Assembly (NCBI GenBank): GCA_049974095.1
Contig: JBMFJD010000014.1
Location: 1 to 16,535, forward strand
Direction of reading: 5' to 3'
DNA from: Nanopusillaceae archaeon
GTDB taxonomy: Archaea; Nanobdellota; Nanobdellia; Nanobdellales; Nanobdellaceae
Length of the DNA: 16,535 bases
Position 1 is the first letter of the stretch. Each line of letters opens with the position of its first letter. The notes under the pieces are model-generated. The model was not told where the DNA came from. It saw only the letters and a list, made by a program, of their open reading frames with translations, and did not search any database. Positions 1 to 7,249 of this stretch are shown here, one piece after another. The position numbers and the translations under genes are program-made.

Positions 1-205
1 CGGCCGGGCCTCCAGATGGACCAGATGTTCCTTGTAATGGTACAAATACATTTGTTACTAATATATTTACTCCATTAACTTGTAATTGTGTACCAACTGT
101 TGCTGTATATTGTTGTCCATTTACTGTTAATATTACAGAAGCTTGTCCTTGGCTAAAGAAGTAGTATATTGTGCAACTGGATATCCTACTGTAATATTTA
201 CTCCA
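1..205 (-). other. Start-less open frame running off the left edge; probable out-of-frame 3' continuation of the surface-protein gene 133..921
   Basis: The reverse-strand frame offset from ORF 133..963 is open from 205 to position 2. It reads ...YYFFSQGQASVILTVNGQQYTATVGTQLQVNGVNILVTNVFVPLQGTSGPSGGPA. It contains no in-frame ATG, GTG or TTG. Its composition and the pattern GQ.Y...NGVNI.V echo SGQSYVFNGVNITV at the end of the upstream ORF. Confidence 0.4.
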
Positions 206-921
206 TTAAATACATATGATTGTCCTGAATATAATGTTTCAACTTGTGCTGCTGGTACTAAGTATAAGTAATTTTGGTTTGGATTGTAGTATAAGTAATA
301 TGATGTATTGAATAATGTTATTGGTTGTGGTGATGTTTGCAATTGTGTTACATCTACTCCTGGTTCAAAGAATACTGTTAAGCTAAATGCTGTTGCTTGT
401 GATGATGCTGCTAATGCTACATTTGGTTGTGGAGATGAAGATGATGTTGATGTTTGTACATATTTTAATTGGTAATTAGATAATGGTTGTACATATGCTG
501 TATATTGATATGTTGTTGTTTGTCCATTTACATTTGTTGCAAATGATCCTGATCCTACTTGTATTGCTTGTAATGAACTATTTAATGAATTACCTAAGTA
601 CAATGGTGCTCCTTGTAAGTAAAATGGATATGAATTTGGAATTACTGCTGATTGTCCTTGTAATTGTACTTGTAATGAAGATGTACTAACTGAAGAACTT
701 GTTGGTACAGATGTAAATGTTTCTAAACCAGCTACTATATTTGAAGCCCCTACAACATCTGCTGCATTTGCATTTGCTCCTACTGCTACTGTCCATGCTG
801 ATGGATTAGATTCCATTGATTGAGCTAGTTGTCCTATTGATGGTGCTCCTGATGCACTATATACTGCCAAACCTAATGCTGTCAATGCACCTATTGTGGC
901 CAAAGTCTTACCTTTCATCAT
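133..921 (-). CDS. Secreted Ser/Thr/Gln/Asn/Val/Tyr-rich cell-surface (S-layer-like) protein, signal-peptide-bearing part
   Basis: The ORF track gives 133..963. I prefer a start at the tandem Met codons 916..921, which yields MMKGKTLATIGALTALGLAVYSASG|APS, a Sec-type n/h/c signal. A TATA-like box lies about 28 nt upstream of 921. There are three N-x-S/T sequons (NSS, NTS, NIT). The protein has no Cys and almost no charged residues, a low-complexity beta-rich composition typical of archaeal envelope proteins. No family could be assigned by eye. Confidence 0.6.
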   Translation of the reverse strand: MMKGKTLATIGALTALGLAVYSASGAPSIGQLAQSMESNPSAWTVAVGANANAADVVGASNIVAGLETFTSVPTSSSVSTSSLQVQLQGQSAVIPNSYPFYLQGAPLYLGNSLNSSLQAIQVGSGSFATNVNGQTTTYQYTAYVQPLSNYQLKYVQTSTSSSSPQPNVALAASSQATAFSLTVFFEPGVDVTQLQTSPQPITLFNTSYYLYYNPNQNYLYLVPAAQVETLYSGQSYVFNGVNITVGYPVAQYTTSLAKDKLL

Positions 922-943
922 AAAAGATATATGTCTTTCTCTT

Positions 944-955
944 CCTTTATATCTT
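944..955 (-). promoter_or_regulatory. TATA-like box (reverse strand AAGATATAAAGG) for the surface-protein gene
   Basis: It is centred about 28 nt upstream of the Met codons at 916..921, the same spacing seen at other first genes in this window. The AT-rich background makes any single call weak. Confidence 0.3.
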
Positions 956-1035
956 TTTTCCATGAATATTTAAATTACAGCAACATTTAAAAGAATTTCT
1001 TTTTTTGATTAAAAATGTTAACTACTAAAAAATAG

Positions 1036-1701
1036 TTACAAATTTTTTATTAAAACCATTGGCAATAAATCTAAGATAGGCATAAAGAAAAGTATCCATA
1101 ATAATATTGGTATTATTGATAACCACATATTTACTAGAATCAATAAAGAAAATATTATTTCAATAAATCCAAATATTAATCCAAGAGATAATATATTAAA
1201 GAATATTGTTGATGAATTATGAATTTCTAAATTATATTTATCAATTTTTCCAAATAAAGAACCATAAAATGCATATAATGAAAATATTGATAATAATATT
1301 ATTGCAGAAACTATTATTGAATATGGTGTTGCTAAAGATACAATCAAATTAGAGAAATTTAATGTTCCTGTCATAAAGTATCCATTATAAATTGTATAGG
1401 AAAAAAGATAGAAATATATAACAACTAATAAAGATATAAACAATAAGATATTTTGAAGAATTTGTGGAATAAATAATGATAAAAATGAAACATTATATTT
1501 TGGTTCTAGTTTTTCCTCAGATAAATTTTGATAATACCATACAATTAATCTTGGATAATAGTAAGAATAAATATATGCTCCTATTATTGGAATCGAATTT
1601 ACTAATAACAATATTGTTTTTAAAATACCATATATCATCCCTGTTATTATATCTTTTTTATACAAATTATATGACTCTTTAACTAATTTCGTAAACTCCA
1701 T
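1036..1701 (-). CDS. Polytopic membrane protein of unknown function, tandem paralogue A
   Basis: 221-aa ORF with an N-terminal amphipathic segment (KESYNLYKKDII), then multiple hydrophobic spans. It has the conserved motif IPIIGAYIYSYYYPRLIVWYY and a YGSLFGKIDKYNL loop. It aligns along its full length with the neighbouring 204-aa ORF. Confidence 0.6.
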   Translation of the reverse strand: MEFTKLVKESYNLYKKDIITGMIYGILKTILLLVNSIPIIGAYIYSYYYPRLIVWYYQNLSEEKLEPKYNVSFLSLFIPQILQNILLFISLLVVIYFYLFSYTIYNGYFMTGTLNFSNLIVSLATPYSIIVSAIILLSIFSLYAFYGSLFGKIDKYNLEIHNSSTIFFNILSLGLIFGFIEIIFSLLILVNMWLSIIPILLWILFFMPILDLLPMVLIKNL

Positions 1702-1732
1702 AAAATATTTTTGTAAGATTATTTTAAAAAAA

Positions 1733-2347
1733 TTATAGTCCTTTCGACCTTAATAATGCTACCAATGTTATAACTGGTGTAAAGAAAATTATATCTAATA
1801 TTAATATTATAATACTTCCGATAATTGGACTGAAAAAGAATAAAAAGCTAATAATAACTACTATAATCAAAATTATTATAGATAACAATAACAGGTAAAA
1901 GAATATCTCCAATGATTTCATAGCATCTATTTTTAAAGAATCCACCTTACCCAATATTGAACCATATATGTTATATAACCATAATATTTCTAATATGGTC
2001 CCTACTCCAATAAAAAGTAATGATAATAGTAAAAATAAATTTGAACTTATTGAGATACCAGATACTATTAGAAAAGATAAAATAATTACTGCAGAAAATA
2101 TTAATAATGTACTTATAAATATAGCTTTAAACGCAACATTATAATTAGATTTTATATCTTCTCCAGTAATCTTTTTATAATACCAAGAAACAATTCTTGG
2201 ATAAACATAAGCATAAATTAAATTCCCTATCAATGGTATTGCCAATAAAAAACTCGCTATTACTAATATCAAACCGAATATTGAAGATGATATTATATCT
2301 TTTTTCCATAAATTAAAAGCTTGTTTATAAGTATCTATAAGACCCAT
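1733..2347 (-). CDS. Polytopic membrane protein of unknown function, tandem paralogue B
   Basis: 204-aa ORF. KQAFNLWKKDII, IPLIGNLIYAYVYPRIVSWYY and YGSILGKVDSLKI match paralogue A. By hand alignment about 31 of the first 78 residues are identical. Confidence 0.6.
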   Translation of the reverse strand: MGLIDTYKQAFNLWKKDIISSSIFGLILVIASFLLAIPLIGNLIYAYVYPRIVSWYYKKITGEDIKSNYNVAFKAIFISTLLIFSAVIILSFLIVSGISISSNLFLLLSLLFIGVGTILEILWLYNIYGSILGKVDSLKIDAMKSLEIFFYLLLLSIIILIIVVIISFLFFFSPIIGSIIILILDIIFFTPVITLVALLRSKGL

Positions 2348-2371
2348 AGAAAATATTTTAAAGAAATTTTT

Positions 2372-3895
2372 TTATTTTTTAGCAAATTTTATTCCTCTTT
2401 TTTCATATTCAATCATATCTAATAACAATTCTTCCTCATTTTTATATTCTTTCTTTAATAAAAACTTTGCAGATAAATAACTTATTCCTCTACCTGCATA
2501 TATAAATAGAAATCTTTTTCCATAATTTTTTAATAATTCTGCAGTAACATTTAATTTTGCCTCATCTTCTATATCCCTTTCATTTTTTGCTACACCAAAA
2601 TATTGACCTCCACATTTTTTACATTTAAATCCTTCATCATAATCCTTTACTTTTATCTTATATTTTGTTTTACATGCCATACATACTAATATCATTTCTG
2701 TATTTTCAATTCTTTCTTTTACTAATTTCAATATTTCTCTCCATTTATCAGAAATTAATACATCAGATACATATTGTTCTAATCCTAAAATTCCTAAAGG
2801 AGATAATGTTTCCTTATCAACAATATTTACTTTTATTTCTCCATTTTTTATTTTTTCAAATACTTTTTTAGTATTTTTTAAATCTAATTTTTCAATAAAT
2901 AATTCATTTAAAGTTTCTCTATATACTGGAGTATTTATTAAATGCTCCATTATTCTTCTAACTGTAGATTTAGAATAATCTGCATCCTTTCTTATTACTC
3001 CAAATCTTTTCGCTACATGAGTAAATTTCCATATAAATAAATCCGTATTTACAATTGCCCTTTCCAATATTTCTTCAATTTCTTCAGGTTTTATATTTTC
3101 AATTATTTCTTTTATATCTTCTTTACTAATAAATCCAGCTTTTAATAATATTCTATAAGGATCTGTTTTTATTCCAACAACAATTCCATATTTTTCAGAT
3201 ATTATTTGAGAAATTATTCTTGATATAGAATCATTTACTTTATTTCCAAATGGTGCATGAATTATAAACCAATCCTTATATTGCTCAATATAAATATTAT
3301 TTTTATCTGGATAAAAATATAATTCTTGATTTTTTAATTCTTCCCTATCCATTAATTCTTTTTTTATTTCCTGTGCTTCTTGTGCTACATCAAATGGTAC
3401 AGGTAATAATTCTCCTTCCCAAGATGGTATTGCAGATTCAAAATCATTTTCTAATGATACATATATTTTATTTCTATCTATTTTTTCAATTTTCCATGGT
3501 AATCCCTTTAATATAAATATAGTACCTGGGTTTCCATGTTTTGCAACAAATTCTTCATGTAAAATTCCAATTTTTTGTCCAGTAGTTATATCATATACAT
3601 TATATGATTTTTCATCAGGTATCATTGATATATTATCTAAAAAATAAAATAATCCTTTTCTTGTTTTTATCAATTTGTTATTATCTTTATCGAATCTAAT
3701 AATTTTTATTGAATCTAAAAAATTAATTACTTCTAAAAATTCCTCATATTTTAAATCTTTATAAATATAGGATCTCTTTATAGTATTCCAAACAAAATTA
3801 ATATCAACTTCTCCATATTCTAAAACAATACCAACAATTTGATTTGCTAATACATCTAAAGCATTATAATGAATTTCTGGTTTTTCAAGTCTCAT
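2372..3895 (-). CDS. Stand-alone Lhr-type helicase C-terminal module (DEAD/H-associated winged-helix plus domain 4) with a C-terminal zinc ribbon; no RecA-like helicase core
   Basis: The N-terminus PEIHYNALDVLANQIVGIVLEYGEVDINFVWNTIKRSYIYKDLKYEEFLEVINFL matches the start of the Lhr DEAD/H-associated region (PLDVLAQQ...). Later segments GTIFILKGLPWKIEKIDRNKIYVS and IPSWEGELLPVPFDVAQE fit the same family. A Cx2C-x16-Cx2C motif (CMAC...CKKC) lies at about 2612..2683. No Walker A or DExH motif is present, and the upstream neighbour is a divergent gene. Confidence 0.7.
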   Translation of the reverse strand: MRLEKPEIHYNALDVLANQIVGIVLEYGEVDINFVWNTIKRSYIYKDLKYEEFLEVINFLDSIKIIRFDKDNNKLIKTRKGLFYFLDNISMIPDEKSYNVYDITTGQKIGILHEEFVAKHGNPGTIFILKGLPWKIEKIDRNKIYVSLENDFESAIPSWEGELLPVPFDVAQEAQEIKKELMDREELKNQELYFYPDKNNIYIEQYKDWFIIHAPFGNKVNDSISRIISQIISEKYGIVVGIKTDPYRILLKAGFISKEDIKEIIENIKPEEIEEILERAIVNTDLFIWKFTHVAKRFGVIRKDADYSKSTVRRIMEHLINTPVYRETLNELFIEKLDLKNTKKVFEKIKNGEIKVNIVDKETLSPLGILGLEQYVSDVLISDKWREILKLVKERIENTEMILVCMACKTKYKIKVKDYDEGFKCKKCGGQYFGVAKNERDIEDEAKLNVTAELLKNYGKRFLFIYAGRGISYLSAKFLLKKEYKNEEELLLDMIEYEKRGIKFAKK

Positions 3896-3903
3896 AAATA
3901 AAA

Positions 3904-3912
3904 TTATATAAA
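3904..3912 (+). promoter_or_regulatory. TATA-like box (TTATATAAA) for the GT-C gene
   Basis: It is centred 26 nt upstream of the ATG at 3934, inside the 38-nt divergent intergenic region. Confidence 0.3.
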
Positions 3913-3919
3913 CATTTTA

Positions 3920-3928
3920 TTTATAAAT
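3920..3928 (-). promoter_or_regulatory. TATA-like box (reverse strand ATTTATAAA) for the Lhr C-terminal module gene
   Basis: It is centred about 29 nt upstream of the start at 3895 and sits back-to-back with the box at 3904..3912. Confidence 0.25.
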
Positions 3929-3933
3929 AAAAA

Positions 3934-5259
3934 ATGAATATTGAAGAAACAAAGAAATATATCTATATTTTCCTAATTTCGTTTATTCCACAATTATTAG
4001 TAATTATAACATCTCCATTAACTTTATTTTGGGACGAATATTCATATTTGGATAATATAAAGCATGTATTATTAAATACTCCATACTTTGAATATTACAG
4101 ATTTCCATTATTATGGTGGATATTAATTCCTGCTGCATATTTTTCAAATTTCAATATATTTGCAATAAAATTATTTTTAGCGATTATTTTCTCTTTATCA
4201 ACAATTTTCTTATATAGAATATTAAAGAATTATAATAGTGATACAATAAATTTTATATTAATTTTATTTTATTCATTAAATGGACTAATATTAATTTGGG
4301 GATCAAGAATTTATCCAGATATTTTAGCAACGTCTTTACTTATTTTTTCAGTATATTTTTATTTTAAATTTTTAGAAAACAATAAAGAAAGAAATTTAAT
4401 TTTATATTCATTATTTTCAGATTTATCTATTTTATCAAAATATGAATATGGTTTATGGTTAATTCCTTCTTTAATATTTTTGAAAAATAAAGATAAAATA
4501 AAAACAATTATTTATTCTTTTATATTTGCAATTCCATATTTTTTATATAATTTAATTTTATATCATAATCCAATATATATTTTTATTAAACAGGCAGAAG
4601 TTGTATATACATATACTATATCTCAACCAATTACAGTTTTTTTATATGAATTATTAATATTTTCAGGTATTTATTTATTATCATTAATCCAAAATCCAAA
4701 GAAAATGAATAATTTTGAAAAATCAATCTATTTATATATAATTTTATCATTAATATTTTTATCATTCTTTGTTAAAGCAAAAGATCCAAGATATATTTTA
4801 ATGATATTGCCAACATTTGTTATAATAACAAGGAAATTTATAGAAAAAATAAAAGGATTACAATTACCATATTTCCTGTTTTTCTCTATATTAAACGCTT
4901 TATCTATGTATTATGGACTTATTTATATATTGAATTATAATACAAATCTTGGAAATACATATCTAAATTATATTTATAGAGCATCTATATTCTTGAAACA
5001 ATATAATCCCTCAACAATACTAACAAATTATCTCTGGCCTGAAATAGCTTATTATACAAATTCACAAGTTTATATAATGTATAATGCAACATATTTAATT
5101 CCAAGAGTTCATCCACAATTTATAGTATATACACCAGACTGCGGTGTATCTTTCCAATTTAACCCAGAAAATTATAATATATCATTAATATATTATTATA
5201 TAGATCCCGGTGATTGCTCTGTATATATTTATAAGGTAAATAGCTATGAAGTTAAATAA
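3934..5259 (+). CDS. GT-C fold membrane glycosyltransferase (ArnT / dolichyl-phosphate-mannose-protein mannosyltransferase-like, PMT_2-type)
   Basis: 441 aa and highly hydrophobic, with many predicted spans. An acidic DE motif sits in the first loop after TM1 (LTLFWDEYSYLDN), as in GT39/GT83-type enzymes. The C-terminal soluble tail is about 100 aa. There is no WWDYG motif, so this is not an AglB/STT3 oligosaccharyltransferase. Confidence 0.6.
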   Translation: MNIEETKKYIYIFLISFIPQLLVIITSPLTLFWDEYSYLDNIKHVLLNTPYFEYYRFPLLWWILIPAAYFSNFNIFAIKLFLAIIFSLSTIFLYRILKNYNSDTINFILILFYSLNGLILIWGSRIYPDILATSLLIFSVYFYFKFLENNKERNLILYSLFSDLSILSKYEYGLWLIPSLIFLKNKDKIKTIIYSFIFAIPYFLYNLILYHNPIYIFIKQAEVVYTYTISQPITVFLYELLIFSGIYLLSLIQNPKKMNNFEKSIYLYIILSLIFLSFFVKAKDPRYILMILPTFVIITRKFIEKIKGLQLPYFLFFSILNALSMYYGLIYILNYNTNLGNTYLNYIYRASIFLKQYNPSTILTNYLWPEIAYYTNSQVYIMYNATYLIPRVHPQFIVYTPDCGVSFQFNPENYNISLIYYYIDPGDCSVYIYKVNSYEVK

Positions 5260-5903
5260 TTTTCTAATGTAGATTCATTTATAAATCCTCTAAATATAAA
5301 TGTTCCATTATTTTTTATCATAATAATAAAAGGCCATGTCGTTATATTATATTTTAAATCATAATATCTTATAAAATAGTTTGGATATGAAGAATCAAAT
5401 GAATAAATATATAATGAGTCATAATATTTTGTATATAGATATGTTAATATATCTCCCTCATTATAACATTCTGTAGAACATACCTTATTATTATAGAAAT
5501 ATAGAATTAATGTAAAGTTTGTATAATCACATTCTTCAATATAATTTCTTGTTAATAAAAAATGTAAATATTCTAAATTAAAATATTGAGATTTTAAATA
5601 ATCTACTTCTCCCTTATTAAAATATATATTTTCAGGAGATTCCAAATATGTTAATTCCAATCCAATTTGAGCAATTTGTGATTTTAAATATTGTAAAAAT
5701 GAAAAATAATTTTCTGTACATTCTAATTTTTGAGATTGAGCTAAATATTGAGCAGAAATTACTAAAGAATTTATATTATTTATTTGCAATATACTTTGTT
5801 GAAATGAATATTGATATAAAATATAACCTAGTAAAATACCTAGGAAAAATGTTAATATTGAAATTATTATTGATAATGTTATTATATTTTTTGCTTTATC
5901 CAT
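5244..5903 (-). CDS. Membrane-anchored (N-terminal TM) extracytoplasmic thioredoxin-fold protein with a CSTEC (CxxxC) motif
   Basis: The N-terminus MDKAKN is followed by one hydrophobic span. The C-terminal about 90 aa aligns by eye to E. coli thioredoxin in three blocks:
- LILYFYNNKVCSTECYNEGDILTYLYTKY against [27 protein letters not shown]
- ITTWPFIIMIKNNG against IRGIPTLLLFKNGE (cis-Pro loop)
- GFINESTLENYL against GALSKGQLKEFL
The Cys residues are C62, C125, C142 and C146. The start overlaps the GT2 gene's stop by 8 nt. Confidence 0.5.
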   Translation of the reverse strand: MDKAKNIITLSIIISILTFFLGILLGYILYQYSFQQSILQINNINSLVISAQYLAQSQKLECTENYFSFLQYLKSQIAQIGLELTYLESPENIYFNKGEVDYLKSQYFNLEYLHFLLTRNYIEECDYTNFTLILYFYNNKVCSTECYNEGDILTYLYTKYYDSLYIYSFDSSYPNYFIRYYDLKYNITTWPFIIMIKNNGTFIFRGFINESTLENYLTS

Positions 5904-7206
5904 TTTTATTTTTATTTACAATTTTATTTATTAAACTATTATTCCATACAATTCCGCCCCATCTCAATTCTCTTCCAAATATCTTATAATATATAGATAT
6001 AATAATAAAGAGAGAATTGAAATATAAAGAAAAAAATAAATATATTATTGAATAAAGGATTAAAGATTTCCAAGATTTACTTTTATCATATTTTCTATAA
6101 AATTTAATAAAAAGGAAGAAATTTACTAATAAGATCAAAGAAAATATGTATAAAATTAATGTAGAAGAAGATAAAAGTTGATAGATATACATATCTATAT
6201 TAAAGGAAAAAGAATTTTTAATAAAATATAGTATATCATAATTTACTAACGATAAATATAATAAAAAATTATAAAATTGATACAGATAAAGGTAAAAAAT
6301 TATTGAAAACGTTATTGGTAATAAAATATACAATGTTATATTTATTCCAAATCCTATTTCCCTTAAATATTGATTTTCTAGATCTCTATATTTTGAATAA
6401 TTTTCTATAAATCCAAGATACCATCTTACTCTTTGTTTTAATAATTTCTTAAAAGAATCTGGTGGTTTTGTATAAATAATACTTTCTGGACAATATTTTA
6501 TTTTTAATTTATTTTTCTGAGCTCTCAATGCAATTTCCATATCTTCAGTTATATTTTTTTCATCAAATAATCCAATTTTATCAAATACCTCTTTTTTAAA
6601 TACGGAAAATGGACCTGGAGCAATAAATATTGCACTCATGTAATCTAAAGCAATCCTTGAGAAATTATATATTACATAATCAATATATTGATATTTTTCT
6701 ATCCAATTTTTTGTTTCATTTATTTGAACAGATGGAACTACAATTGATATATCTGGATATAGGTAAAAATATTTTATCATTTTTTTCAAAGAATCATTTT
6801 GAGGAATAGAATCTGCATCCAATACAACAATATAATCTCCACTTACTCTTTTTATTCCATAATTTAATGCAGATGCTTTTCCACCATTTTCTTTCTTATA
6901 TACTTTTACAAAATTATATCTTTCATATTCTTTTGCAATTTCATATGTTCTATCTTTAGATCCATCATCAACAATTATTATTTCTAATTTTTCCTTTGGA
7001 TAATCTAAATTAATTAATCTTTCAATTGTCTCTCTAATATTTTTTTCTTCATTATATGCAGGTACAACTATTGATACTTTTGGATATTCTTTTATTTCAA
7101 TATCCTTTTTTTCTTCCTTATAATATGATAAAAATAGCAAAGTATAAATAGAAATTAATAATTCTACAAATACAATTATTAATATTATAAAAGGGGTAAT
7201 ATACAT
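5896..7206 (-). CDS. Family-2 glycosyltransferase of the processive beta-glycan synthase type (cellulose/chitin/NodC/PgaC-like), integral membrane
   Basis: The protein has one N-terminal TM span, then the GT-A core VSIVVPAYNEE. The motifs present are DDGSKD, the DxD motif VVLDADS, ITED, and QRVRW (codons 6421..6435). These make up the D,D,D,Q(Q/R)xRW signature. Several C-terminal TM spans follow. Confidence 0.8.
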   Translation of the reverse strand: MYITPFIILIIVFVELLISIYTLLFLSYYKEEKKDIEIKEYPKVSIVVPAYNEEKNIRETIERLINLDYPKEKLEIIIVDDGSKDRTYEIAKEYERYNFVKVYKKENGGKASALNYGIKRVSGDYIVVLDADSIPQNDSLKKMIKYFYLYPDISIVVPSVQINETKNWIEKYQYIDYVIYNFSRIALDYMSAIFIAPGPFSVFKKEVFDKIGLFDEKNITEDMEIALRAQKNKLKIKYCPESIIYTKPPDSFKKLLKQRVRWYLGFIENYSKYRDLENQYLREIGFGINITLYILLPITFSIIFYLYLYQFYNFLLYLSLVNYDILYFIKNSFSFNIDMYIYQLLSSSTLILYIFSLILLVNFFLFIKFYRKYDKSKSWKSLILYSIIYLFFSLYFNSLFIIISIYYKIFGRELRWGGIVWNNSLINKIVNKNKNG

Positions 7207-7249
7207 AAAAATAAAAATTATTCAAAAATTTAAATTTGATATATTTCTT

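Noticed and set aside
133-963. Higher G+C of the surface-protein gene (and of the histone gene 13416..13643) as a sign of horizontal transfer or a hidden RNA gene
   Set aside because: Third codon positions remain overwhelmingly A/T (for example GGT GCT CCT GAT GCA CTA TAT ACT). The extra G+C therefore comes from the amino-acid composition (Ala/Gly/Pro/Ser/Thr/Val/Arg) of conserved or highly expressed proteins, not from foreign codon usage.
922-963. N-terminal 14 codons (MEKRYKGRERHISF) of the track ORF
   Set aside because: This highly basic non-signal extension precedes a textbook signal peptide that starts at the tandem Met codons. The TATA-like box lies inside this stretch at the right distance for a start at 916..921.
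3934-5259. AglB/STT3 oligosaccharyltransferase assignment for the 441-aa membrane protein
   Set aside because: It has no WWDYG motif and is far too short. The first-loop DE motif fits the ArnT/PMT_2-type GT-C enzymes better.
5648-5989. 113-aa plus-strand ORF in the track
   Set aside because: It lies entirely antisense to the well-supported Trx-fold and GT2 genes. Its Leu/Ile/Phe-rich low-complexity translation is typical of shadow frames in AT-rich DNA, and it has no recognisable motif.
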